Positions 11,923 to 25,900 of a stretch of DNA of 64,000 nt are shown piece by piece (the first letter of the stretch is position 1; each line of letters starts with the position of its first letter). A program made the translations under genes and the position numbers. The DNA comes from Auanema rhodensis (Eukaryota > Animalia > Nematoda), in the NCBI GenBank assembly GCA_964057225.1, contig OZ059899.1, positions 9,982,001 through 10,046,000 on the forward strand, written 5' to 3'. The notes beneath the pieces are model-generated. The model was not told where the DNA came from and made no database searches. It saw only the letters and a list, made by a program, of their open reading frames with translations.

Positions 11923-12423
11923 TTTTAAAGTAGGAAAAACTAGTTCTTTTCTTTCTAATTTCCATCCCAAATGCTTTCGAATTCCAGAAAAAAATATATA
12001 CTGCCTTGTTCAACTAAGATTTCAGAAACTCTTATGAAAAAAAACTAAGACTATTGTGATGAGAGAAATTAAGAGAAAAACTATGGAGCTGACATTACAT
12101 TTTTCTACAATATCACTAGATTCGATATCATTGATATCCTGGAAACGTTATTCCTCTCCTTTTTGTATATCAAACGAGAGTTTTATGTAATCGTAGAAAA
12201 ATCAGGATCAGTCTGTTCTGTTGGAGAACTGTAAGACATAAAAATTCAATCTAATAGGCTCTTCATCGAAGTAAATGTATAAGTTAAAATTGGATATCTA
12301 ACAATCTTTTTCATTTTATTTCTTATTGTTTGTTTTAAAGTAGGAAAAACTAGTTCTTTTCTTTCAAATTTCCATCCAAAATGCTTTCGAAATTTCTATC
12401 CAATATGCTTTTATATCAAACGA

Positions 12424-12536
12424 GAGTTTTATGTAATCATAGAGAAATCAGGATCAGTCTGTTCTGTTGGAGAACTGTAAGACATAAAAATTCAATCTAA
12501 TAGGCTCTTCATCGAAGTAAATGTATTATCAAACGA
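12424..12536 (+). repeat. Truncated 113-bp mini-monomer
   Basis: ...GAAGTAAATGTAT|TATCAAACGAGAG at 12526/12527 joins core position ~103 directly to the monomer end. TGTAT is present on both donor sides, with one extra T. Confidence 0.93.
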
Positions 12537-15500
12537 GAGTTTTATGTAATCGTAGAAAAATCAGGATCAGTCTGTTCTGTTGGAGAACTGTAAGACATAA
12601 AAATTCAATCTAATAGGCTCTTCATCGAAGTAAATGTATAAGTTAAAATTGGATATCTTACAATCTTTTCATTTTGTTTATTATTGTTTGTTTTAAAATA
12701 GAAAAAAACTAGTTCTTTTCGTTCTAATTTCCATCCAAAATGCTTTCGAAATTTCTATCCAATATGCTTTTATATCAAACGAGAGTTTTATGTAATCATA
12801 GAGCAATCAGGATCAGTCTGTTCTGTTGGAGAACTGTAAGACATAAAATTTCAAACTAATAGGCTCTTTATCGAAGTAAATGTATAAGTTTAAATTGGAT
12901 ATCTAACAATCTTTTAATTTTGTTTATTATTGTTTGTTTTAAAATAGAAAAAACTAGTTCTTTTCGTTCTAATTTCCATCCAAAATGCTTTCGAAATTTC
13001 TATCCAATATGCTTTTATATCAAACGAGAGTTTTATGTAATCATAGAGAAATCAGGATCAGTCTGTTCTGTTGGAGAACTGTAAGACATAAAATTTCAAA
13101 CTAATAGGCTCTTTATCGAAGTAAATGTATAAGTTTAAATTGGATATCTAACAATCTTTTTCATTTTATTTCTTATTGTTTGTTTTAAAGTAGGAAAAAC
13201 TAGTTCTTTTCTTTCTAATTTTCATCCCAAATGCTTTCGAATTCCAGAAAAAAATATATACTGCCTTGTTCAACTAAGATTTCAGAAACTCTTATGAAAA
13301 AAAACTAAGACTATTGTGATGAGAGAAATTAAGAGAAAAACTATGGAGCTGACATTACATTTTTCTACAATATCACTAGATTCGATATCATTGATATCCT
13401 GGAAACGTTATTCCTCTCCTTTTTGTATATCAAACGAGAGTTTTATGTAATCGTAGAAAAATCAGGATCAGTCTGTTCTGTTGGAGAACTGTAAGACATA
13501 AAAATTCAATCTAATAGGCTCTTCATCGAAGTAAATGTATAAGTTAAAATTGGATATCTAACAATCTTTTCATTTTGTTTATTATTGTTTGTTTTAAAAT
13601 AGAAAAAACTAGTTCTTTTCGTTCTAATTTCCATCCAAAATGCTTTCGAAATTTCTATCCAATATGCTTTTATATCAAACGAGAGTTTTATGTAATCATA
13701 GAGAAATCAGGATCAGTCTGTTCTGTTGGAGAACTGTAAGACATAAAATTTCAAACTAATAGGCTCTTTATCGAAGTAAATGTATAAGTTTAAATTGGAT
13801 ATCTAACAATCTTTTTCATTTTATTTCTTATTGTTTGTTTTAAAGTAGGAAAAACTAGTTCTTTTCTTTCTAATTTTCATCCCAAATGCTTTCGAATTCC
13901 AGAAAAAAATATATACTGCCTTGTTCAACTAAGATTTCAGAAACTCTTATGAAAAAAAACTAAGACTATTGTGATGAGAGAAATTAAGAGAAAAACTATG
14001 GAGCTGACATTACATTTTTCTACAATATCACTAGATTCGATATCATTAATATCCTGGAAACGTTATTCCTCTTCTTTTTGTATATCAAACGAGAGTTTTA
14101 TGTAATCGTAGAAAAATCAGGATAAGTCTGTTCTGTTGGAGAACTGTAAGACATAAAAATTCAATCTAATAGGCTCTTCATCGAAGTAAATGTATAAGTT
14201 AAAATTGGATATCTAACAATCTTTTCATTTTGTTTATTATTGTTTGTTTTAAAATAGAAAAAACTAGTTCTTTTCGTTCTAATTTCCATCCAAAATGCTT
14301 TCGAAATTTCTATCCAATATGCTTTTATATCAAACGAGAGTTTTATGTAATCGTAGAAAAATCAGGATCAGTCTGTTCTGTTGGAGAACTGTAAGACATA
14401 AAATTTCAAACTAATAGGCTCTTTATCGAAGTAAATGTATAAGTTTAAATTGGATATCTAACAATCTTTTTCATTTTATTTCTTATTGTTTGTTTTAAAG
14501 TAGGAAAAACTAGTTCTTTTCTTTCTAATTTTCATCCCAAATGCTTTCGAATTCCAGAAAAAAAAATATACTGCCTTGTTCAACTAAGATTTCAGAAACT
14601 CTTATGAAAAAAAACTAAGACTATTGTGATGAGAGAAATTAAGAGAAAAACTATGGAGCTGACATTACATTTTTCTACAATATCACTAGATTCGATATCA
14701 TTGATATCCTGGAAACGTTATTCCTCTCCTTTTTGTATATCAAACAAGAGTTTTATGTAATCGTAGAAAAATCAGGATCAGTCTGTTCTGTTGGAGAACT
14801 GTAAGACATAAAATTTCAAACTAATAGGCTCTTTATCGAAGTAAATGTATAAGTTTAAATTGGATATCTAACAATCTTTTTCATTTTATTTCTTATTGTT
14901 TGTTTTAAAGTAGGAAAAACTAGTTCTTTTCTTTCTAATTTCCATCCCAAATGCTTTCGAATTCCAGAAAAAAATATATACTGCCTTGTTCAACTAAGAT
15001 TTCAGAAACTCTTATGAAAAAAAACTAAGACTATTGTGATGAGAGAAATTAAGAGAAAAACTATGGAGCTGACATTACATTTTTCTACAATGTCACTAGA
15101 TTCGATATCATTGATATCCTGGAAACGTTATTCCTCTCCTTTTTGTATATCAAACGAGAGTTTTATGTAATCGTAGAAAAATCAGGATCAGTCTGTTCTG
15201 TTGGAGAACTGTAAGACATAAAAATTCAATCTAATAGGCTCTTCATCGAAGTAAATGTATAAGTTAAAATTGGATATCTAACAATCTTTTCATTTTGTTT
15301 ATTATTGTTTGTTTTAAAATAGAAAAAACTAGTTCTTTTCGTTCTAATTTCCATCCAAAATGCTTTCGAAATTTCTATCCAATATGCTTTTATATCAAAC
15401 GAGAGTTTTATGTAATCATAGAGAAATCAGGATCAGTCTGTTCTGTTGGAGAACTGTAAGACATAAAATTTCAAACTAATAGGCTCTTTATCGAAGTAAA

Positions 15501-18500
15501 TGTATAAGTTTAAATTGGATATCTAACAATCTTTTTCATTTTATTTCTTATTGTTTGTTTTAAAGTAGGAAAAACTAGTTCTTTTCTTTCTAATTTCCAT
15601 CCCAAATGCTTTCGAATTCCAGAAAAAAATATATACTGCCTTGTTCAACTAAGATTTCAGAAACTCTTATGAAAAAAACTAAGACTATTGTGATGAGAGA
15701 AATTAAGAGAAAAACTATGGAGCTGACATTACATTTTTCTACAATATCACTAGATTCGATATCATTGATATCCTGGAAACGTTATTCCTCTCCTTTTTGT
15801 ATATCAAACGAGAGTTTTATGTAATCGTAGAAAAATCAGGATAAGTCTGTTCTGTTGGAGAACTGTAAGACATAAAAATTCAATCTAATAGGCTCTTCAT
15901 CGAAGTAAATGTATAAGTTAAAATTGGATATCTAACAATCTTTTCATTTTGTTTATTATTGTTTGTTTTAAAATAGAAAAAACTAGTTCTTTTCGTTCTA
16001 ATTTCCATCCAAAATGCTTTCGAAATTTCTATCCAATATGCTTTTATATCAAACGAGAGTTTTATGTTATCATAGAGAAATCAGGATCAGTCTGTTCTGT
16101 TGGAGAACTGTAAGACATAAAATTTCAAACTAATAGGCTCTTTATCGAAGTAAATGTATAAGTTTAAATTGGATATCTAACAATCTTTTTCATTTTATTT
16201 CTTATTGTTTGTTTTAAAGTAGGAAAAACTAGTTCTTTTCTTTCTAATTTTCATCCCAAATGCTTTCGAATTCCAGAAAAAAATATATACTGCCTTGTTC
16301 AACTAAGATTTCAGAAACTCTTATGAAAAAAAACTAAGACTATTGTGATGAGAGAAATCAAGAGAAAAACTATGGAGCTGACATTACATTTTTCTACAAT
16401 ATCACTAGATTCGATATCATTGATATCCTGGAAACGTTATTCCTCTCCTTTTTGTATATCAAACGAGAGTTTTATGTAATCGTAGAAAAATCAGGATCAG
16501 TCTGTTCTGTTGGAGAACTGTAAGACATAAAATTTCAAACTAATAGGCTCTTTATCGAAGTAAATGTATAAGTTTAAATTGGATATCTAACAATCTTTTT
16601 CATTTTATTTTTTATTGTTTGTTTTAAAGTAGGAAAAACTAGTTCTTTTCTTTCTAATTTCCATCCCAAATGCTTTCGAATTCCAGAAAAAAATATATAC
16701 TACCTTGTTCAACTAAGATTTCAGAAACTCTTATGAAAAAAAACTAAGACTATTGTGATGAGAGAAATTAAGAGAAAAACTATGGAGCTGACATTACATT
16801 TTTCTACAATGTCACTAGATTCGATATCATTGATATCCTGGAAACGTTATTCCTCTCCTTTTTGTATATCAAACGAGAGTTTTATGTAATCGTAGAAAAA
16901 TCAGGATCAGTCTGTTCTGTTGGAGAACTGTAAGACATAAAAATTCAATCTAATAGGCTCTTCATCGAAGTAAATGTATAAGTTAAAATTGGATATCTAA
17001 CAATCTTTTCATTTTGTTTATTATTGTTTGTTTTAAAATAGAAAAAACTAGTTCTTTTCGTTCTAATTTCCATCCAAAATGCTTTCGAAATTTCTATCCA
17101 ATATGCTTTTATATCAAACGAGAGTTTTATGTAATCATAGAGAAATCAGGATCAGTCTGTTCTGTTGGAGAACTGTAAGACATAAAATTTCAAACTAATA
17201 GGCTCTTTATCGAAGTAAATGTATAAGTTTAAATTGGATATCTAACAATCTTTTTCATTTTATTTCTTATTGTTTGTTTTAAAGTAGGAAAAACTAGTTC
17301 TTTTCTTTCTAATTTCCATCCCAAATGCTTTCGAATTCCAGAAAAAAATATATACTGCCTTGTTCAACTAAGATTTCAGAAACTCTTATGAAAAAAAACT
17401 AAGACTATTGTGATGAGAGAAATTAAGAGAAAAACTATGGAGCTGACATTACATTTTTCTACAATATCACTAGATTCGATATCATTGATATCCTGGAAAC
17501 GTTATTCCTCTCCTTTTTGTATATCAAACGAGAGTTTCATGTGATCGTAGAAAAATCAGGATCAGTCTGTTCTGTTGGAGAACTGTAAGACATAAAATTT
17601 CAAACTAATAGGCTCTTTATCGAAGTAAATGTATAAGTTAAAATTGGATATCTAACAATCTTTTTCATTTTATTTCTTATTGTTTGTTTTAAAGTAGGAA
17701 AAACTAGTTCTTTTCTTTCTAATTTTCATTTCAAATGCTTTCGAATTCCAGAAAAAAATATATACTGCCTTGTTCAACTAAGATTTCAGAAACTCTTATG
17801 AAAAAAAACTAAGACTATTGTGATGAGAGAAATTAAGAGAAAAACTATGGAGCTGACATTATATTTTTCTACAATATCACTAGATTCGATATCATTGATA
17901 TCCTGGAAACGTTATTCCTCTCCTTTTTGTATATCAAACGAGAGTTTTATGTAATCGTAGAAAAATCAGGATCAGTCTGTTCTGTTGGAGAACTGTAAGA
18001 CATAAAAATTCAATCTAATAGGCTCTTCATCGAAGTAAATGTATAAGTTAAAATTGGATATCTTACAATCTTTTCATTTTGTTTATTATTGTTTGTTTTA
18101 AAATAGAAAAAAACTAGTTCTTTTCGTTCTAATTTCCATCCAAAATGCTTTCGAAATTTCTATCCAATATGCTTTTATATCAAACGAGAGTTTTATGTAA
18201 TCATAGAGAAATCAGGATCAGTCTGTTCTGTTGGAGAACTGTAAGACATAAAATTTCAAACTAATAGGCTCTTTATCGAAGTAAATGTATAAGTTTAAAT
18301 TGGATATCTAACAATCTTTTTCATTTTATTTCTTATTTTTGTTTTAAAGTAGGAAAAACTAGTTCTTTTCTTTCTAATTTTCATCCCAAATGCTTTCGAA
18401 TTCCAGAAAAAAATATATACTGCCTTGTTCAACTAAGATTTCAGAAACTCTTATGAAAAAAAACTAAGACTATTGTGATGAGAGAAATTAAGAGAAAAAC

Positions 18501-20973
18501 TATGGAGCTGACATTACATTTTTCTACAATATCACTAGATTCGATATCATTGATATCCTGGAAACGTTATTCCTCTCCTTTTTGTATATCAAACGAGAGT
18601 TTTATGTAATCGTAGAAAAATCAGGATCAGTCTGTTCTGTTGGAGAACTGTAAGACATAAAATTTCAAACTAATAGGCTCTTTATCGAAGTAAATGTATA
18701 AGTTTAAATTGGATATCTAACAATCTTTTTCATTTTATTTCTTATTGTTTGTTTTAAAGTAGGAAAAACTAGTTCTTTTCTTTCTAATTTCCATCCAAAA
18801 TGCTTTCGAAATTTCTATCCAATATGCTTTTATATCAAACGAGAGTTTTATGTAATCATAGAGAAATCAGGATCAGTCTGTTCTGTTGGAGAACTGTAAG
18901 ACATAAAATTTCAAACTAATAGGCTCTTTATCGAAGTAAATGTATAAGTTTAAATTGGATATCTAACAATCTTTTTCATTTTATTTCTTATTGTTTGTTT
19001 TAAAGTAGGAAAAACTAGTTCTTTTCTTTCTAATTTTCATCCCAAATGCTTTCGAATTCCAGAAAAAAATATATACTGCCTTGTTCAACTAAGATTTCAG
19101 AAACTCTTATGAAAAAAAACTAAGACTATTGTGATGAGAGAAATTAAGAGAAAAACTATGGAGCTGACATTACATTTTTCTACAATATCACTAGATTCGA
19201 TATCATTGATATCCTGGAAACGTTATTCCTCTCCTTTTTGTATATCAAACGAGAGTTTTATGTAATCGTAGAAAAATCAGGATCAGTCTGTTCTGTTGGA
19301 GAACTGTAAGACATAAAATTTCAAACTAATAGGCTCTTTATCGAAGTAAATGTATAAGTTTAAATTGGATTTCTAACAATCTTTTTCATTTTATTTCTTA
19401 TTGTTTGTTTTAAAGTAGGAAAAACTAGTTCTTTTCTTTCTAATTTCCATCCCAAATGCTTTCGAATTCCAGAAAAAAATATATACTGCCTTGTTCAACT
19501 AAGATTTCAGAAACTCTTATGAAAAAAAACTAAGACTATTGTGATGAGAGAAATTAAGAGAAAAACTATGGAGCTGACATTACATTTTTCTACAATATCA
19601 CTAGATTCGATATCATTGATTTCCTGGAAACGTTATTCCTCTCCTTTTTGTATATCAAACGAGAGTTTTATGTAATCGTAGAAAAATCAGGATCAGTCTG
19701 TTCTGTTGGAGAACTGTAAGACATAAAAATTCAATCTAATAGGCTCTTTATCGAAGTAAATGTATAAGTTTAAATTGGATATCTAACAATCTTTTTCATT
19801 TTATTTCTTATTGTTTGTTTTAAAGTAGGAAAAACTAGTTCTTTTCTTTCTAATTTCCATCCAAAATGCTTTCGAAATTTCTATCCAATATGCTTTTATA
19901 TCAAACGAGAGTTTTATGTAATCATAGAGAAATCAGGATCAGTCTGTTCTGTTGGAGAACTGTAAGACATAAAATTTCAAACTAATAGGCTCTTTATCGA
20001 AGTAAATGTATAAGTTTAAATTGGATATCTAACAATCTTTTTCATTTTATTTCTTATTGTTTGTTTTAAAGTAGGAAAAACTAGTTCTTTTCTTTCTAAT
20101 TTCCATCCAAAATGCTTTCGAAATTTCTATCCAATATGCTTTTATATCAAACGAGAGTTTTATGTAATCATAGAGAAATCAGGATCAGTCTGTTCTGTTG
20201 GAGAACTGTAAGACATAAAATTTCAAACTAATAGGCTCTTTATCGAAGTAAATGTATAAGTTTAAATTGGATATCTAACAATCTTTTTCATTTTATTTCT
20301 TATTGTTTGTTTTAAAGTAGGAAAAACTAGTTCTTTTCTTTCTAATTTTCATCCCAAATGCTTTCGAATTCCAGAAAAAAATATATACTGCCTTGTTCAA
20401 CTAAGATTTCAGAAACTCTTATGAAAAAAAACTAAGACTATTGTGATGAGAGAAATTAAGAGAAAAACTATGGAGCTGACATTACATTTTTCTACAATAT
20501 CACTAGATTCGATATCATTGATATCCTGGAAACGTTATTCCTCTCCTTTTTGTATATCAAACGAGAGTTTTATGTAATCGTAGAAAAATCAGGATCAGTC
20601 TGTTCTGTTGGAGAACTGTAAGACATAAAATTTCAATCTAATAGGCTCTTCATCGAAGTAAATGTATAAGTTAAAATTGGATATCTAACAATCTTTTCAT
20701 TTTGTTTATTATTGTTTGTTTTAAAATAGAAAAAACTAGTTCTTTTCGTTCTAATTTCCATCCAAAATGCTTTCGAATTCCAGAAAAAAATATATACTGC
20801 CTTGTTCAACTAAGATTTCAGAAACTCTTATGAAAAAAAACTAAGACTATTGTGATGAGAGAAATTAAGAGAAAAACTATGGAGCTGACATTACATTTTT
20901 CTACAATATCACTAGATTCGATATCATTGATATCCTGGAAACGTTATTCCTCTCCTTTTTGTATATCAAACGA

Positions 20974-22933
20974 GAGTTTTATGTAATCGTAGAAAAATCA
21001 GGATCAGTCTGTTCTGTTGGAGAACTGTAAGACATAAAATTTCAATCTAATAGGCTCTTCATCGAAGTAAATGTATAAGTTAAAATTGGATATCTAACAA
21101 TCTTTTCATTTTGTTTATTATTGTTTGTTTTAAAATAGAAAAAACTAGTTCTTTTCGTTCTAATTTCCATCCAAAATGCTTTCGAAATTTCTATCCAATA
21201 TGCTTTTATATCAAACGAGAGTTTTATGTAATCATAGAGCAATCAGGATCAGTCTGTTCTGTTGGAGAACTGTAAGACATAAAATTTCAAACTAATAGGC
21301 TCTTTATCGAAGTAAATGTATAAGTTTAAATTGGATATCTAACAATCTTTTTCATTTTATTTCTTATTGTTTGTTTTAAAGTAGGAAAAACTAGTTCTTT
21401 TCTTTCAAATTTCCATCCAAAATGCTTTCGAAATTTCTATCCAATATGCTTTTATATCAAACGAGAGTTTTATGTAATCATAGAGAAATCAGGATCAGTC
21501 TGTTCTGTTGGAGAACTGTAAGACATAAAAATTCAATCTAATAGGCTCTTCATCGAAGTAAATGTATAAGTTTAAATTGGATATCTAACAATCTTTTTCA
21601 TTTTATTCTTATTGTTTGTTTTAAAGTAGGAAAAACTAGTTCTTTTCTTTCAAATTTCCATCCAAAATGCTTTCGAAATTTCTATCCAATATGCTTTTAT
21701 ATCAAACGAGAGTTTTATGTAATCATAGAGCAATCAGGATCAGTCTGTTCTGTTGGAGAACTGTAAGACATAAAATTTCAAACTAATAGGCTCTTTATCG
21801 AAGTAAATGTATAAGTTTAAATTGGATATCTAACAATCTTTTTCATTTTATTTCTTATTGTTTGTTTTAAAGTAGGAAAAACTAGTTCTTTTCTTTCAAA
21901 TTTCCATCCAAAATGCTTTCGAAATTTCTATCCAATATGCTTTTATATCAAACGAGAGTTTTATGTAATCATAGAGAAATCAGGATCAGTCTGTTCTGTT
22001 GGAGAACTGTAAGACATAAAAATTCAATCTAATAGGCTCTTCATCGAAGTAAATGTATAAGTTTAAATTGGATATCTAACAATCTTTTTCATTTTATTCT
22101 TATTGTTTGTTTTAAAGTAGGAAAAACTAGTTCTTTTCTTTCAAATTTCCATCCAAAATGCTTTCGAAATTTCTATCCAATATGCTTCTATATCAAACGA
22201 GAGTTTTATGTAATCATAGAGCAATCAGGATCAGTCTGTTCTGTTGGAGAACTGTAAGACATAAAATTTCAAACTAATAGGCTCTTTATCGAAGTAAATG
22301 TATAAGTTTAAATTGGATATCTAACAATCTTTTCATTTTGTTTATTATTGTTTGTTTTAAAATAGAAAAACTAGTTCTTTTCGTTCTAATTTCCATCCAA
22401 AATGCTTTCGAAATTTCTATCCAATATGCTTTTATATCAAACGAGAGTTTTATGTAATCATAGAGCAATCAGGATCAGTCTGTTCTGTTGGAGAACTGTA
22501 AGACATAAAATTTCAAACTAATAGGCTCTTTATCGAAGTAAATGTATAAGTTTAAATTGGATATCTAACAATCTTTTCATTTTGTTTATTATTGTTTGTT
22601 TTAAAATAGAAAAACTAGTTCTTTTCGTTCTAATTTCCATCCAAAATGCTTTCGAAATTTCTATCCAATATGCTTTTATATCAAACGAGAGTTTTATGTA
22701 ATCATAGAGCAATCAGGATCAGTCTGTTCTGTTGGAGAACTGTAAGACATAAAATTTCAAACTAATAGGCTCTTTATCGAAGTAAATGTATAAGTTTAAA
22801 TTGGATATCTAACAATCTTTTAATTTTGTTTATTATTGTTTGTTTTAAAATAGAAAAAACTAGTTCTTTTCGTTCTAATTTCCATCCAAAATGCTTTCGA
22901 AATTTCTATCCAATATGCTTTTATATCAAACGA
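20974..22933 (+). repeat. Longest run of S monomers (8 units), with an internal 491-bp duplication
   Basis: Eight consecutive 244-246-bp units. The 1-bp deletion variant TTTTATTCTT is at 21601 and 22092. Confidence 0.88.
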
Positions 22934-25900
22934 GAGTTTTATGTAATCATAGAGAAATCAGGATCAGTCTGTTCTGTTGGAGAACTGTAAGACATAAAAT
23001 TTCAAACTAATAGGCTCTTTATCGAAGTAAATGTATAAGTTTAAATTGGATATCTAACAATCTTTTTCATTTTATTTCTTATTGTTTGTTTTAAAGTAGG
23101 AAAAACTAGTTCTTTTCTTTCTAATTTTCATCCCAAATGCTTTCGAATTCCAGAAAAAAATATATACTGCCTTGTTCAACTAAGATTTCAGAAACTCTTA
23201 TGAAAAAAAACTAAGACTATTGTGATGAGAGAAATTAAGAGAAAAACTATGGAGCTGACATTACATTTTTCTACAATATCACTAGATTCGATATCATTGA
23301 TATCCTGGAAACGTTATTCCTCTCCTTTTTGTATATCAAACGAGAGTTTTATGTAATCGTAGAAAAATCAGGATCAGTCTGTTCTGTTGGAGAACTGTAA
23401 GACATAAAAATTCAATCTAATAGGCTCTTCATCGAAGTAAATGTATAAGTTAAAATTGGATATCTAACAATCTTTTCATTTTGTTTATTATTGTTTGTTT
23501 TAAAATAGAAAAAACTAGTTCTTTTCGTTCTAATTTCCATCCAAAATGCTTTCGAAATTTCTATCCAATATGCTTTTATATCAAACGAGAGTTTTATGTA
23601 ATCATAGAGCAATCAGGATCAGTCTGTTCTGTTGGAGAACTGTAAGACATAAAATTTCAAACTAATAGGCTCTTTATCGAAGTAAATGTATAAGTTTAAA
23701 TTGGATATCTAACAATCTTTTCATTTTGTTTATTATTGTTTGTTTTAAAATAGAAAAACTAGTTCTTTTCGTTCTAATTTCCATCCAAAATGCTTTCGAA
23801 ATTTCTATCCAATATGCTTTTATATCAAACGAGAGTTTTATGTAATCATAGAGCAATCAGGATCAGTCTGTTCTGTTGGAGAACTGTAAGACATAAAATT
23901 TCAAACTAATAGGCTCTTTATCGAAGTAAATGTATAAGTTTAAATTGGATATCTAACAATCTTTTCATTTTGTTTATTATTGTTTGTTTTAAAATAGAAA
24001 AAACTAGTTCTTTTCGTTTTAATTTCCATCCAAAATGCTTTCGAAATTTCTATCCAATATGCTTTTATATCAAACGAGAGTTTTATGTAATCATAGAGAA
24101 ATCAGGATCAGTCTGTTCTGTTGGAGAACTGTAAGACATAAAATTTCAAACTAATAGGCTCTTTATCGAAGTAAATGTATAAGTTTAAATTGGATATCTA
24201 ACAATCTTTTTCATTTTATTTCTTATTGTTTGTTTTAAAGTAGGAAAAACTAGTTCTTTTCTTTCTAATTTTCATCCCAAATGCTTTCGAATTCCAGAAA
24301 AAAATATATACTGCCTTGTTCAACTAAGATTTCAGAAACTCTTATGAAAAAAAACTAAGACTATTGTGATGAGAGAAATTAAGAGAAAAACTATGGAGCT
24401 GACAATACATTTTTCTACAATATCACTAGATTCGATATCATTGATATCCTGGAAACGTTATTCCTCTCCTTTCTGTATATCAAACGAGAGTTTTATGTAA
24501 TCGTAGAAAAATCAGGATCAGTCTGTTCTGTTGGAGAACTGTAAGACATAAAAATTCAATCTAATAGGCTCTTCATCGAAGTAAATGTATAAGTTAAAAT
24601 TGGATATCTAACAATCTTTTCATTTTGTTTATTATTGTTTGTTTTAAAATAGAAAAAACTAGTTCTTTTCGTTCTAATTTCCATCCAAAATGCTTTCGAA
24701 ATTTCTATCCAATATGCTTTTATATCAAACGAGAGTTTTATGTAATCATAGAGAAATCAGGATCAGTCTGTTCTGTTGGAGAACTGTAAGACATAAAATT
24801 TCAAACTAATAGGCTCTTTATCGAAGTAAATGTATAAGTTTAAATTGGATATCTAACAATCTTTTTCATTTTATTTCTTATTGTTTGTTTTAAAGTAGGA
24901 AAAACTAGTTCTTTTCTTTCTAATTTCCATCCCAAATGCTTTCGAATTCCAGAAAAAAATATATACTGCCTTGTTCAACTAAGATTTCAGAAACTCTTAT
25001 GAAAAAAAACTAAGACTATTGTGATGAGAGAAATTAAGAGAAAAACTATGGAGCTGACATTACATTTTTCTACAATATCACTAGATTCGATATCATTGAT
25101 ATCCTGGAAACGTTATTCCTCTCCTTTTTGTATATCAAACGAGAGTTTTATGTAATCGTAGAAAAATCAGGATCAGTCTGTTCTGTTGGAGAACTGTAAG
25201 ACATAAAAATTCAATCTAATAGGCTCTTCATCGAAGTAAATGTATAAGTTAAAATTGGATATCTAACAATCTTTTTCATTTTATTTCTTATTGTTTGTTT
25301 TAAAGTAGGAAAAACTAGTTCTTTTCTTTCAAATTTCCATCCAAAATGCTTTCGAAATTTCTATCCAATATGCTTTTATATCAAACGAGAGTTTTATGTA
25401 ATCATAGAGAAATCAGGATCAGTCTGTTCTGTTGGAGAACTGTAAGACATAAAAATTCAATCTAATAGGCTCTTCATCGAAGTAAATGTATAAGTTTAAA
25501 TTGGATATCTAACAATCTTTTTCATTTTATTTCTTATTGTTTGTTTTAAAGTAGGAAAAACTAGTTCTTTTCTTTCAAATTTCCATCCAAAATGCTTTCG
25601 AAATTTCTATCCAATATGCTTCTATATCAAACGAGAGTTTTATGTAATCATAGAGCAATCAGGATCAGTCTGTTCTGTTGGAGAACTGTAAGACATAAAA
25701 TTTCAAACTAATAGGCTCTTAATCGAAGTAATTGTATAAGTTTAAATTGGATATCTAACAATCTTTTCATTTTGTTTATTATTGTTTGTTTTAAAATAGA
25801 AAAACTAGTTCTTTTCGTTCTAATTTCCATCCAAAATGCTTTCGAAATTTCTATCCAATATGCTTTTATATCAAACGAGAGTTTTATGTAATCATAGAGC

